This document shows positions 36,550-47,159 of a DNA stretch of 64,000 bases, piece after piece; positions within the stretch are counted from its first letter, which is position 1; each line of letters opens with the position of its first letter. Source of the stretch: an uncultured Prevotellaceae bacterium (GTDB lineage: Bacteria; Bacteroidota; Bacteroidia; Bacteroidales; Bacteroidaceae); NCBI GenBank assembly GCA_902768785.1, contig CACXMM010000032.1, positions 1,017 through 65,016 of the forward strand, read 5' to 3'. The translations under genes were made by a program, and so were the position numbers. Under the pieces are notes generated by a model. The model saw only the letters and a list, made by a program, of their open reading frames with translations, had not been told where the DNA came from and did not search any database.

Positions 36550-38487
36550 CTATTTTTCACTTTTTTCGATAAATTGATAAAGTTTCTGGTAGAACGGATG
36601 GCGGGTCAAAGTACTGGTGTCGCCTAAGATTATCAGCTTCATCCTGGCACGGGTGATAGCCACATTCATGCGTCGTAGGTCGCGAAGGAAACCGATTTGT
36701 CCGTCATCGTTGGCGCGAACCAGTGATATCATGATGATGTCGCGTTCCTGTCCTTGGAAACCATCCACGGTATTGATGCTGATGAGTCTGCGGTAGGGCT
36801 TGAAGAATTCCTGCTTCTTCACCAGCTGTCGGAGGTATTGCACCTGTGCCCGATAAGGTGAAATGATGCCCACATCGATTCGTTCCTCGAGAATCCGTTC
36901 CTTTCCGATCTTTTCGAAATAATGCTGCAGCACAGCTAAGGTAAGTAAGGCCTCCGTCTTGTTTACCCTTCCGAAGGTCTCGCCTACGAACTCCTCTTTT
37001 GCGTCAATGTCGGAGGTGTCGATCCATTCAATGGGTTCGTCATAGTCGAGGATACCGCGATACTTCACCTCTGGGGCACTCTCCACCTGTCCATGGTAGA
37101 AGTAATCACTGGAGAAGCGCATGATCTCTTCGTTCATGCGGTATTGCATCTTGAGGAGGGTTACTACACTAGGTTGTGTTTCAACGATACGTTCCATCAG
37201 TGTCTTGTCCAGACCGCCGTGCATGGCTGCCAGACTTTTAATGGTTGGAGGCAACTGACAATGGTCGCCGGCAAGTACTACACGGGAGGCTTTGCGGATG
37301 GGTATCCAGCAGGCTGCTTCGAGTGCCTGTGCCGCTTCGTCGATGAAGAGGGTGCCATACTTCTGTCCTTGTAGCAGGCGGTTGGCACTGCCCACTAATG
37401 TGCAGGCGATTACTCTGGCCTCACCGAACAGCTCTGCGTTGATGCGTATCTCCAATTCTGTGGCCCGGCTCTTCAGACGTTCAATCTTCTGGTGGAATTT
37501 GTCATCACCGCGTTTACGATGCTGACGAATCTCACGGATGGTCTTGCGGATGACCCACAGAGCAGGGTAGTCGGGATGTGCTTCAAAGCGACGTTCGTAT
37601 GTGAATGACAGCATTTTGTCGTTCACCCGACTGGGATTACCGATACGTAGCACATTGATACCGCGGTCAACCAATCGCTCACTGATCCAGTCTACAGCCA
37701 TGTTACTCTGTGCACATACCAGCACTTGGTTTTCACGCATCAGTGTTTCATAGATAGCCTCTACGAGGGTGGTGGTCTTTCCTGTTCCCGGCGGTCCGTG
37801 AACAACGCTCACATCCTTGGCGCAGAGCACTTCATTCACGGCATGCTCTTGTGTCTTGTTCAGATAGGGGAACCTCATCTCACTGAATGTGAACCGCTGA
37901 GGCTTCATCGAGGGGGTATAGAACAGGTCGCGTAGATAAGCCAATCGGTTCCCTTTGGCACGTATCACCCTGTCGAGTGCCTCGAACATTGTTTTGTAGC
38001 TGGTTTCATCAAATGACAGTTGGACGCCCACAGGCTCTGTACTGTTCAGGACCTCGGTAACAGGTGCAGAATCAGGTACTGTCACTACCATGCGATCGCC
38101 ATCAACGAAGCTCACCGTACCGGTAAAGTTGAGCAAGGCCACCCCGGGAGAATTGGCACTATGGGATTGCACCTCCTTATGGAGGGGCTGGGGGTGGCTG
38201 TTAGAAACACGGAAAAAGGAAACGGGGCGTCCGAACTCGAAATTGTGCTCGATGTCCTCATCACCGGTGCGGTACACCTCAATGCATAGTTGGTTGAGAC
38301 TGTTATAATAGCTCTTACCGGGTTTCAAGGGGAACCAGGCATCTCCACGCTTCACCTTCCGCTGCACCCCGATGGCCTCGGTGAGCTTGCGGAAATTCTC
38401 CTTTTCGCAGCTGTATTCAATCTCCAACAGCATGCGTTGCTGTTGAAGGGTGAGAATGGGGGATGTACTGTTCCTTCTTTCCTTCAC
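36550..38487 (-). CDS. SF1 (Upf1/IGHMBP2-like) AAA_11/AAA_12 DNA helicase
   Basis: Walker A GPPGTGKT and motif II FIDEAAQ, plus LAGDHCQLPP, VDGFQGQERD and NVAITRAR. Confidence 0.85.
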   Translation of the reverse strand: MKERRNSTSPILTLQQQRMLLEIEYSCEKENFRKLTEAIGVQRKVKRGDAWFPLKPGKSYYNSLNQLCIEVYRTGDEDIEHNFEFGRPVSFFRVSNSHPQPLHKEVQSHSANSPGVALLNFTGTVSFVDGDRMVVTVPDSAPVTEVLNSTEPVGVQLSFDETSYKTMFEALDRVIRAKGNRLAYLRDLFYTPSMKPQRFTFSEMRFPYLNKTQEHAVNEVLCAKDVSVVHGPPGTGKTTTLVEAIYETLMRENQVLVCAQSNMAVDWISERLVDRGINVLRIGNPSRVNDKMLSFTYERRFEAHPDYPALWVIRKTIREIRQHRKRGDDKFHQKIERLKSRATELEIRINAELFGEARVIACTLVGSANRLLQGQKYGTLFIDEAAQALEAACWIPIRKASRVVLAGDHCQLPPTIKSLAAMHGGLDKTLMERIVETQPSVVTLLKMQYRMNEEIMRFSSDYFYHGQVESAPEVKYRGILDYDEPIEWIDTSDIDAKEEFVGETFGRVNKTEALLTLAVLQHYFEKIGKERILEERIDVGIISPYRAQVQYLRQLVKKQEFFKPYRRLISINTVDGFQGQERDIIMISLVRANDDGQIGFLRDLRRMNVAITRARMKLIILGDTSTLTRHPFYQKLYQFIEKSEK

Positions 38488-38503
38488 GATGTTCGATATT
38501 TAT

Positions 38504-40627
38504 CTAAGGCATCTTCTGTAATCCTTCCCAGCGCACATCCCACGTACCGTTGTGAGGGAATCCGGGGTTCTTCTCCGTGCATCCGTCCCAGCCGGCACAC
38601 ATCAGTGCCAGGGCAGTGAGCAGACCTCCATTGCCGGGGAGGTAGAGGCGAAGGCGCTGATCCTGGTAGTTATGACCGCTCACCAAATAGGTGTTGGTAC
38701 GTTTGTCCATAAGTAGGGCATCCACGGCTTTCTGTGGTTCATTAAGTCGTGCTGCTGTCATGGCCACCATGGGATAGTCCCATCCCCAAGTCTTGTCCCA
38801 GTTCCAGTGGTCCCATATCCAATTGAGGGTATTCCGCATAACCCTGGTATTTACCTGTGGGGAATATGGCAGGATGCCGAATGCTCCCAGCAAAGCGGGA
38901 TGGTCACTGGTAAAGCGGATGTCGCGATACGTATCGGTAGCGGTTTCGGCTGCCAAGTACAGTTGGTCGGTGTTATAGGCCAGTGATGACAGCTTATTGG
39001 TCATCCTGTTCCATACCTTATTATAAAGATGCGCTTGGTTCCTGCGCTGCTGCCAAGCCATTGCCGTTTGCATGCCCCAATGCCAGTATGAGAGTTCGAA
39101 CGGGGGGTTGACGGTCTCGGCGGCACGCAGTGTCTCTTGTGCAGGGATGATGCCTTTCAATACATAACGGTCGCTCTTGGCGTCGTAGTCGGCAAAGTCG
39201 AACATAAAGCGTGCGGTCTCCTCCACCAGACCTCCATACTTATCCACAATGCGCTTGCCGTCGGAGGCCTTTTCTGCGCGTCGCAACAATTCAGCAAGGT
39301 AGATCAGATGGGGCTGTTGCCAGATGAGGAAGCTACCCACCTTTGAAGGAGCCTCCTCCGCACTGGGATCGGTCATCTTCATCCAACGCAGTCCGTCGAA
39401 GCCCTGACGACGTGCTATCTCGCGTGCCTTGGGTGCCGCCTTGAAATACCAGTCGAGCGAGTGTTCCAGCAGTTCAGGATGTCCCCAGAGGGCGAACTGT
39501 GCCTGATGCCACCAGATCATTTCCAGATGGTATTTCCCGAACCATGAGTTATAGGTGAGACCCGTCTCCTGCGGTGGGGTATCCCCAGCACAGTTCACTG
39601 CCAGAAGGTACTGGCTCAGTACAGTACGGCGTTCCAATTCCTTTGCCCTTGGATCGGTGCAGTGCGAGAAGTCGATGATGGCCCCTTGGTTCCAGTAGTT
39701 ACGCCAGTGCTGTTTAGTCTGCTCAATTGCTTCGGTGCTGATGGGCGCCTCTGTCGATGGTATCTGTGCTGAGTATTCGCATGAGAATGACAGTCCCGGC
39801 TCTTTCGGTGTCAGCACATAGACATTGTCAGACTCCTTGGAGAAGGTGGCGTCATTTTCCCAACGGACGGAAACATAGTAAACGGTGTTATCGAGGGTGC
39901 GACGTAATACAGCAGTACTATCGCTCTGACGGACGATTTCCGTCGTGTTATGTCCAGGATGGGGGGTCCAGTCGCAGCCTGAGTCAGTATGTTTACCTGT
40001 GGGATAGGGGAAACGGAACTTCACGGGCATGGGCTTCGTGGCATCGGTCATATAGCCTGAATAGACGATGTCACGTTCGGGATGCACCCATGTGTACGTG
40101 AAATAGCCGGCACCGCCATAGCTGAAAGCGCTTCCCATGTGCCCTTCATAAAGGTCAAGTTCCTGTCCTTTGGGTTCCACGAGGGAGATATCAGAAGCAG
40201 GAATGTCGTAGCCGATGCATCCCAGATGCAACCGATGGGGGTTGGCACGCAGGTAGCTGGCTGCTGCCCGTGACCGTTCGTCCCCTTTATTCTCCACGCT
40301 ATAGGTGCCGCTGACACCGTTATGATGACCGAAGTCGTACTCCTTCAACGCCTCCTCGGCGCGGTAGTTCTCAGGATTGGGAAACGAGTGCCAGCCCCAG
40401 TCACTCATGGTACCAAGGGGAACGCCGTTTTCATAATACTCAGGAAAGGTCTGCAGACCGGTAGCATCCACGGTGAAGGCAAAGCCGCCGTTGCCCACCG
40501 TAAGTGATGCCAGTGAGTCGATGACTGTCACCGTAGGGTTGTTGCGCCTTACTACGTCATACCTGTCTATCTGTGCCTGTGCTGTCATGACAAAGCCAAC
40601 CATCAGAATCATCCAGTATTTTTTCAT
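38504..40627 (-). CDS. secreted glycoside-hydrolase-like protein (probable alpha/alpha-barrel, family not assignable by eye)
   Basis: Start at MKKYWMILMVGFVMTAQAQ (signal peptide). It is Trp-rich with helical-repeat-like blocks (WWHQAQFALWGHPELLEHSLDWY) and sits next to a GH3 gene. No catalytic motif identified. Confidence 0.4.
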   Translation of the reverse strand: MKKYWMILMVGFVMTAQAQIDRYDVVRRNNPTVTVIDSLASLTVGNGGFAFTVDATGLQTFPEYYENGVPLGTMSDWGWHSFPNPENYRAEEALKEYDFGHHNGVSGTYSVENKGDERSRAAASYLRANPHRLHLGCIGYDIPASDISLVEPKGQELDLYEGHMGSAFSYGGAGYFTYTWVHPERDIVYSGYMTDATKPMPVKFRFPYPTGKHTDSGCDWTPHPGHNTTEIVRQSDSTAVLRRTLDNTVYYVSVRWENDATFSKESDNVYVLTPKEPGLSFSCEYSAQIPSTEAPISTEAIEQTKQHWRNYWNQGAIIDFSHCTDPRAKELERRTVLSQYLLAVNCAGDTPPQETGLTYNSWFGKYHLEMIWWHQAQFALWGHPELLEHSLDWYFKAAPKAREIARRQGFDGLRWMKMTDPSAEEAPSKVGSFLIWQQPHLIYLAELLRRAEKASDGKRIVDKYGGLVEETARFMFDFADYDAKSDRYVLKGIIPAQETLRAAETVNPPFELSYWHWGMQTAMAWQQRRNQAHLYNKVWNRMTNKLSSLAYNTDQLYLAAETATDTYRDIRFTSDHPALLGAFGILPYSPQVNTRVMRNTLNWIWDHWNWDKTWGWDYPMVAMTAARLNEPQKAVDALLMDKRTNTYLVSGHNYQDQRLRLYLPGNGGLLTALALMCAGWDGCTEKNPGFPHNGTWDVRWEGLQKMP

Positions 40628-40762
40628 TTTGTTTAGCAATTCGTTTGTTTCTGGCGGCAAAGGTACGAATTAGTGAGTGAAATACAAAATAAATGTATTT
40701 ATTTTTATTCCTGAACGAAAGTACTTTAGGCGAAAACCAAAGATACATATTCAATAAAAAAA

Positions 40763-40787
40763 GCGAGAATCACTTCTCGCTTTTTTT
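40763..40787 (-). terminator. bidirectional rho-independent terminator after the GH3 gene
   Basis: GCGAGA-ATCACT-TCTCGC stem flanked by an A-run and a T-run. Confidence 0.75.
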
Positions 40788-40794
40788 ATTACTT

Positions 40795-43734
40795 TTATAA
40801 CTTTACTTCAAAGTCAAGACTCTGCAGGTCCTTGTCAAGGGAGGAACTGCCATAGAGAATCTGGTAGTGTCCTGGACGCGTTGACAGTTCGTCGATAGAT
40901 GGATCGTAGTATTCGAATGACTCGCCATCGAGGGATATCGTTGCTGTAGCTGTCTGCCCAGGCTCAAGTGTCAGCTTCTGGAAGCCCTTCAGCGACTTGA
41001 TCGGTGCATCGGGATAGTCAAGTGCCTTCACATATACCTGAACAATTTCGGCACCGGCCCGCTTACCTGTATTCGTGACAGGAACGGTAAGGGTCACCTT
41101 GTCGCCGCCCTTCATGGCTTTCTTTGAGAGCTTACCCTTGCCATACGAGAATGAGGTGTACGACATTCCATAGCCGAAAGCATAAAGGGGATTACCGCGG
41201 AAATAACGATAGGTACGGTTCTCCATACTGTAGTCGAGGAAGTCGGGCAGGTCATTATTCGATGCATAGAAGGTGACGGGCAGTTTTCCGCAGGGGTTGA
41301 AGTCACCGAAGAGCACGTCGGCGAGTGCCTGGGCACCGCCTTGTCCGGGATACCATGCCTGAAGCAGGGCATCATACTGATCCTCCAGACTACCGAAGGC
41401 GATGGCAGAACCAGAACAGTTGACAAAGACGACAGGCTTTCCCGTCTTGTGCATAGCCTTCAGAAGAAGTTGTTGTACCACGGGCAGTTCAATGGTCTGC
41501 TTGTCACCGCCTTCTCCTTCCATACGGGCAGAGATTCCACCGATGATGATGATGGCATCGGCACCCTTCACCTCATTGGCAAGATCGGTGAAGTCGGCAA
41601 GCTGACGCTCACAGATGTCACCGCGGAGCATGGCGAACTGTCCGTTACCACGACGGTACTCGATGACGACATCGTAGGTCTGGCCCTTCTCCACCTTGAA
41701 TGACTTATATTGCACGCCACGGAAGCCACCGAATCCGAAGCCTCGGCGTCCACCGCCCTTGTTCTCTTCGATAACCTCGCCATTAACCTTCATTACATAA
41801 CCGTTGTCAGTACTCAGCGTATATTTCATCTCACCGGTAAAGGTTGCGGTGTACTTACCACTGATACGTACCGAGAGGTTATCATTATCGATACCTTCAG
41901 CGAAGCCCCAGGCACCGAAGGTCGAGAAATTCAGCTCTTTGTAGTAGTCGGTCTTATCAGGATCGCCACTGAGTTCTTTGTTATTCCAGAACTCCACCTT
42001 GACGCCCTTACCGTCGTTGAAGTCACCCAGGTGGTGAACGGTAGTGTACTCATCGTTCAGCTCACAGGCTTTATGGTAGATGATATTCGTGTTGGGCAGT
42101 GCAGCCTTGATTCCGCTGAGTAACGAGTGCTGATGTGCCTTCGTGGGTGTTCCTCCGTAGTTCCCGTTCAGCAGTTCAATGTCATCGGCATTGGGACCAA
42201 CCACAGCAAGGGTTTTGAGGTTCTTCGACAGAGGCAGAATATTGTTGTTCTTCAACAGTACCATCGACTCGCGGGCAGCTTGTGTGGCCAGCTCGTTGTT
42301 GCTCTCGCTGCTGATTACCTCAGGACCGAGGTTTGCCCATGGACTCATCTCTGCAGGATCGAACATTCCTAACTCAAAACGACCATAGAGCGTCTTGCGA
42401 AGATGATCGTCGAGGGTGCTTTCCTGAATCAACCCTTTTTGCAGGGCTTCAGTAAGTACCATGAACACCTTACCACATTCGAGATCGGTACCGTTGAGCA
42501 CAGCATCCACAGAGGCAGACAGCGGATCTTTATGTGTCTCATGCTGTCCTTTGTTATAGAAATTGTTGATGGCATCGCAGTCGGTGAGCACGATGGCGTC
42601 ATAGTCCCACTTCCTGCGGAGGATATCCACCAGCAGACGGTCACTGGTACAGCAGGGAACACCTTCGTAACGGTTATAGGCACACATCACTTCCCGTACG
42701 TTTCCTTTCTTCACCAGTGCCTTGAAAGCAGGGAGATAGGTCTCCCACAAGTCACGCATCGATACTGATGCATTGTAGGAGTGACGTAAAGGCTCCGGTC
42801 CACTGTGTACGGCATAGTGTTTGGCACAGGCGTGGGTTTTGAAATATTTGTCATCATTGCCTTGCATGCCTAAGACTGTCTGTACTCCTAATACGGCATT
42901 CAGATAAGGATCTTCTCCACAGGTCTCCTGACCACGCCCCCAACGGGGATCACGGAATATGTTCACGTTTGGACACCAGAAAGTGAGTTCGGGATTGCCA
43001 GGATAATAGGTTGCACCCATCTTCACATTGAAAATGTTATGGTCTGAACGGTTCCAGTTGGCACGTGCTTCATCGGAAACGGCTGAGAAAACATCATACA
43101 CCTGCTGGGAATTGAAGGCGGCAGCCATACCGATAGGCTGGGGGAAAACGGTATAGTCGCTTTGGCGTACTCCATGACAAGCCTCACTCCACCAGTTATA
43201 GGAGGGGATGCCAAGACGGTCGATAGACACCGACTTGTTCATCATCAGTCCTACCTTCTCCTCGGGGGTGAGCAGGGAGATGAGATTCTCCACACGCTCA
43301 GCATACGAGAGGGAGGTGTCCTGATAAGGATATTGGCTAATCGCCTGTCCCTTCCCGTCGCTCACAACAGCTTTCAATGAGAGGGCACCCAATGTCTTAC
43401 CTTGTGCATCGAGCAATTCTACACTACGGAAACTCTTCCCGAGCGACTTGGCTGGAGCAAAGGCGACCATCACTTGAGCCTTGGCTCCTGGAGCGATGGC
43501 CTCGGTGGGGAAGAATGCCTGCACACACTCGCAGCTCGGAATGGCCTTCTGAATGGTGACTGGGGTTTTCGATTTGTTCTGTAACGTGAACGTATGGCAG
43601 ATTGTTCCCGCCGCAGCATTCACTTGACCGAAATCCCATTCGTAGGCATCAAATGATACTGCGCTTTTTTTCTGAGCCGTGACAGTCATGACGGCCATCA
43701 GCGCACAAATAGTGATAATAATAGTTCTTTTCAT
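40795..43734 (-). CDS. glycoside hydrolase family 3 (beta-glucosidase/xylosidase type) with N-terminal DUF1573-like domain and PA14 insert
   Basis: GH3 blocks SIDRLGIPSYNWWSEACHGV, VLTDCDA and FGYGMSYTSF. A PA14-like segment reads VKVEFWNNKELSG. The N-terminus has FGQV...SCEC, as in DUF1573. Confidence 0.85.
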   Translation of the reverse strand: MKRTIIITICALMAVMTVTAQKKSAVSFDAYEWDFGQVNAAAGTICHTFTLQNKSKTPVTIQKAIPSCECVQAFFPTEAIAPGAKAQVMVAFAPAKSLGKSFRSVELLDAQGKTLGALSLKAVVSDGKGQAISQYPYQDTSLSYAERVENLISLLTPEEKVGLMMNKSVSIDRLGIPSYNWWSEACHGVRQSDYTVFPQPIGMAAAFNSQQVYDVFSAVSDEARANWNRSDHNIFNVKMGATYYPGNPELTFWCPNVNIFRDPRWGRGQETCGEDPYLNAVLGVQTVLGMQGNDDKYFKTHACAKHYAVHSGPEPLRHSYNASVSMRDLWETYLPAFKALVKKGNVREVMCAYNRYEGVPCCTSDRLLVDILRRKWDYDAIVLTDCDAINNFYNKGQHETHKDPLSASVDAVLNGTDLECGKVFMVLTEALQKGLIQESTLDDHLRKTLYGRFELGMFDPAEMSPWANLGPEVISSESNNELATQAARESMVLLKNNNILPLSKNLKTLAVVGPNADDIELLNGNYGGTPTKAHQHSLLSGIKAALPNTNIIYHKACELNDEYTTVHHLGDFNDGKGVKVEFWNNKELSGDPDKTDYYKELNFSTFGAWGFAEGIDNDNLSVRISGKYTATFTGEMKYTLSTDNGYVMKVNGEVIEENKGGGRRGFGFGGFRGVQYKSFKVEKGQTYDVVIEYRRGNGQFAMLRGDICERQLADFTDLANEVKGADAIIIIGGISARMEGEGGDKQTIELPVVQQLLLKAMHKTGKPVVFVNCSGSAIAFGSLEDQYDALLQAWYPGQGGAQALADVLFGDFNPCGKLPVTFYASNNDLPDFLDYSMENRTYRYFRGNPLYAFGYGMSYTSFSYGKGKLSKKAMKGGDKVTLTVPVTNTGKRAGAEIVQVYVKALDYPDAPIKSLKGFQKLTLEPGQTATATISLDGESFEYYDPSIDELSTRPGHYQILYGSSSLDKDLQSLDFEVKL

Positions 43735-43999
43735 GAGTAAAATAATACTGATTATGTTTGAGAAGCAAATTTACTGCTTTTCTGAGACACCAACAACTTT
43801 TGTTAATGATTTTTAAGTTGGTAGCTCCCTTTTGTTACATGAACGAAAATCATTGTTACTTCTTCCTGTCAGCAGGTTGGATGTCTGAGAAACAAATTTT
43901 TTATGACAAATGCAATAATTTGGAGAGATTTGTGAGTGATTCGGAATATTTTCGTATCTTTGTCCCCAAAAGATATTTTTTTATTTATTCATTTGAATT

Positions 44000-44569
44000 A
44001 TGGCACTAATTATTATCATTGTTTTAGCCGTTCTCATTTTCGGCTATTTTGTTTCGACCCAGCGGTCGTTAGTGAATCTCGATGAGATGTGCAAGAATGC
44101 ACTGAGTCAGATTGAAGTTCAGCTGAACTCCCGTTTTGATGCTGTCATCGCCTTGGCAAAGACGGCAGCCCAGTATGCCAAGCATGAGTCGGAAACGATT
44201 ATCCAGGCTGTGCAAGCTCGTGGCGGTAATAGTGGAGCTGCTGCCAATACACCAGCTGCCATCAATGAGCAGAGCGACTTGCTCACCCAGATGATGGGAC
44301 GCCTGAACGTAGTCTTTGAGCGCTATCCTGAACTGAAAGCCAGTGAGCTTTACAAGGAAGCCCAGGCAGGCATGAAGCAGTACGAGGAGAATGTGCGCAT
44401 GTCGCGTATGGTCTATAACGACACCGCTACGAAGATGAACCGCATGGTGCGCCAGTGGCCGTCGAGCATCGTGGCTTCCATCCTTCACTTCGTAGAGAAG
44501 GAATATCTGAAAGTGGATAACGAAGCGAAGAAAGACTATCCGAATCTCGATGAGGCTTTCAAGAAATAA
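44000..44569 (+). CDS. lemA: LemA family protein
   Basis: N-terminal TM helix followed by a LemA-like helical body (LVNLDEMCKNALSQIEVQLNSRFD...YNDTATKMNRMVRQWPSS). Confidence 0.85.
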   Translation: MALIIIIVLAVLIFGYFVSTQRSLVNLDEMCKNALSQIEVQLNSRFDAVIALAKTAAQYAKHESETIIQAVQARGGNSGAAANTPAAINEQSDLLTQMMGRLNVVFERYPELKASELYKEAQAGMKQYEENVRMSRMVYNDTATKMNRMVRQWPSSIVASILHFVEKEYLKVDNEAKKDYPNLDEAFKK

Positions 44570-46220
44570 GGCGGTTCTGTTGCTGGCATTCATCGTGTCA
44601 GCAACCACCCTTTTTGCACGTCCGAGACTCAACGACCTGACCATTCAGGTTGTCTTGAGTCCCAACGGTGATGCCCACATCACTGAAATAAGGCAGATGG
44701 ACATCGACTCCGAAGGAACGGAATGCTACATCGTCTTGGGAAACCTGAACGGTAGTAGTGTGAACGACCTCCAAGTGAGTGATGAGTCGGGTACGGTCTA
44801 TGAGAATGTTGGTAGTTGGGATATCGATCGGAGTCGTAGCTGGAAGACATCCAAATGCGGCATTGTCACGAAACGTGACGGTTATGAATTGTGCTGGGGA
44901 TTGGGTGATAGCGGAAATCGCACCTATACCACAAGCTATGTCGTGACCAACCTGTTGCGTGGCTATTCCGATGCCGATGGCTTTAACTATATGTTCGTGG
45001 CAGAAGGAATCGAACCAAGACCATCGCATGTGAAGGTGACCATCATGCCTGAAGGTATGGACACTAATCCGATGGATGTTGATTCTACGGCGGTTATCTT
45101 CTCAGATGCCAACAGCGCCATCTGGGGATTCCGCTACAGGGGTGATGTACGTTTCGAGAATGGTACCATCGTTGCCGAATCAAGTGAGCCGTTTACCAAT
45201 GGAAGTGCCATGATCGTGATGGCACGGTTCAACAAAGGACTCTTCTCGCCATCTGTCATCAATGATACGGCTTTCGAACAGGTAAAAGAACGAGCATTCG
45301 AGGGAAGCGACTATACGTATGAGGGAAGCGACTCGGATGATACCTTCATCCTGCTTGTCTTGGCTGTGTGCCTCTTCCTGTTCCCCCTCCTCCTCTTCTT
45401 GGGATACCTCTTCTATATGTGGCGTTCGAGAAAGAAGGTGATGAAGGACCTGCTATGGTATCGGGATATTCCTGCCAATGGAAACCTCCAGTGGGCAAAC
45501 GATGTGCAGAACGCGTACAAGTATTTCACTACCGACTACAACAACCTGCTCTCTGCCTGTGTCCTGAAACTCATTGACATGGGAGCCATCACCATCGATA
45601 AGTCTTTGGATAACAGAGGAAAGACAGTACAACAGTTTGTGATCCATGACTTACCGGAAAGGGATCAACAGCCACGCTTGATGCAATTGGTACACGAGAT
45701 TTTCCAAAAGGCTGCAGGAGACGATACCGTCCTCGAACCCAAAGAACTGAAGACATGGATGAAGAAATCGTATAACCAGAGTACGACCGATTCGTTCATC
45801 CAGACACTCCATACCCGTTCGAGCATCTACCAGTTCAGAAAGCAACGTGAGGAAGTGCGACAACTGTTCGGACTCAAGAAATTCCTCAAGGAGTTCTCGC
45901 TCTTGGATGAACGGCATGTCCAGGAAGTGAGCCTGTGGAAAGACTATATGATCTATGCTACCCTCTTCGGTATTGCCGACCAGGTGATCAAGGACATGAA
46001 GAAGATCAATCCCGACTACTTCAATATGGATCAGGTGGCACAGCAGATGGCAGATGACCTGACGCTGCCTACTATCTACTCAACCTTGCATTCCAGTACG
46101 ACAAGGGCTACCGTGAGCAAGGCAGAGCGTGAGGCACGTGCTTCCGGACGAGGAGGATCCGTTTCTTGGGGAGGCGGCGGTGGCTTCTCTGGCGGCGGCT
46201 TCGGCGGTGGCGTACGATGA
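44550..46220 (+). CDS. DUF2207-type membrane protein (LemA partner)
   Basis: Overlaps lemA by 20 nt. It has a signal peptide, central TM helices and a glycine-rich tail GGGGGFSGGGFGGG, which is typical of DUF2207. Confidence 0.75.
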   Translation: MRLSRNKAVLLLAFIVSATTLFARPRLNDLTIQVVLSPNGDAHITEIRQMDIDSEGTECYIVLGNLNGSSVNDLQVSDESGTVYENVGSWDIDRSRSWKTSKCGIVTKRDGYELCWGLGDSGNRTYTTSYVVTNLLRGYSDADGFNYMFVAEGIEPRPSHVKVTIMPEGMDTNPMDVDSTAVIFSDANSAIWGFRYRGDVRFENGTIVAESSEPFTNGSAMIVMARFNKGLFSPSVINDTAFEQVKERAFEGSDYTYEGSDSDDTFILLVLAVCLFLFPLLLFLGYLFYMWRSRKKVMKDLLWYRDIPANGNLQWANDVQNAYKYFTTDYNNLLSACVLKLIDMGAITIDKSLDNRGKTVQQFVIHDLPERDQQPRLMQLVHEIFQKAAGDDTVLEPKELKTWMKKSYNQSTTDSFIQTLHTRSSIYQFRKQREEVRQLFGLKKFLKEFSLLDERHVQEVSLWKDYMIYATLFGIADQVIKDMKKINPDYFNMDQVAQQMADDLTLPTIYSTLHSSTTRATVSKAEREARASGRGGSVSWGGGGGFSGGGFGGGVR

Positions 46221-46295
46221 TCAGAAGTGAACGATGCGTAATATCAAGAATATACGAGGCACCTTTGACTCCAAACTGCCATAGAAGTCAAGTCG

Positions 46296-46880
46296 TCATT
46301 TTTCCAGGATTTCATTGGGCGGGATGCTAATGGTTACAAGATTATCTGCTGCCATCTGCATCCCGCCTTCTTCCTCCAATCTCGGATAAGAGTTCCTGAC
46401 TGAATGGTCGTCCAGCCAAATCTTGTTCAGGGTGAACGCTAATGATTCCAACGTTTCTTCCCGCTTTGAAGGCTTCAATTCACACTCCCACACTGTGATG
46501 CAGTGCCATCCCATCTCTGCCAGACGCTTCTGGTCCTCTATATCCCGTTGCTTGTTCCTTCGTATCTTGTTCACCCAGAACTCCCTGTTCGTCTTCGGAA
46601 TCTTACAGCACTCCGAATTCTCAATTATCCATTGTCCATTTTCAATTTGTGCAGTTGGTAACTGCACATGGTGTCCGTGCCAGAAACACCCGTTCACGAA
46701 GATACATGTCCTGTATTTCCTCAGCACTAGATCTGGATGTCCAGGCAATCGCTTATGGTTCAGACGGAATCTGAATCCCCTCCTCCACAGTCCACGCCGC
46801 ACAACCATCTCAGGCTTTGTGTCCTTCGACCGGATCGCCGCCATGTTCTTATGTCGTTGTTCTGCAGATAGCTTGTCCAT
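46296..46880 (-). CDS. vsr: very short patch repair endonuclease with loop insertion and C-terminal extension
   Basis: Vsr blocks RSKDTKPE, PGHPDLVL, FVNGCFWHGH, PKTNREFW and ITVWECEL. There is an insertion of roughly 15-20 aa after FWHGH. Confidence 0.85.
   Translation of the reverse strand: MDKLSAEQRHKNMAAIRSKDTKPEMVVRRGLWRRGFRFRLNHKRLPGHPDLVLRKYRTCIFVNGCFWHGHHVQLPTAQIENGQWIIENSECCKIPKTNREFWVNKIRRNKQRDIEDQKRLAEMGWHCITVWECELKPSKREETLESLAFTLNKIWLDDHSVRNSYPRLEEEGGMQMAADNLVTISIPPNEILEK
46614..46667. repeat. degenerate TCAATTN heptamer tract (x5) plus 8-bp-stem hairpin inside vsr
   Basis: Units read cgaattc, tcaatta, tccattg, tccattt, tcaattt, followed by GTGCAGTT-GGT-AACTGCAC (46649-46667). 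Confidence 0.7.
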
Positions 46881-47108
46881 ACCATTTGTAATAATGACTG
46901 ATGATAGCAGATCCTTTTTTCACTGCGCACCCCACATTCTGACGAGGAGTCCTATGAGTGCCATGTGTCAGGTATCTGTTTCATGTGACTGCAAAAATAC
47001 ATATTATTTTTCAATTAATGCCATAATCCGCGAAACCTTTTTGTACTATATTTGACTGGTCATGCAAATAAAACCCCCGACGATGCATGGGCTGTCAGGG
47101 AAAATGTG

Positions 47109-47116
47109 TATCTTTG
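47109..47116 (+). promoter_or_regulatory. -7 box TATCTTTG upstream of the SASA esterase gene
   Basis: TAnnTTTG match 44 nt before the ATG. Confidence 0.55.
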
Positions 47117-47159
47117 CACATCATTTTGAGGTTATGTAGCTAAGAATAATTATAAAGAA

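Noticed and set aside
44000-46220. The LemA + DUF2207 pair as a novel system.
   Set aside because: This two-gene pairing with an overlapping stop/start is a widely conserved and already catalogued association. Its function is unknown, but the pairing is not new.
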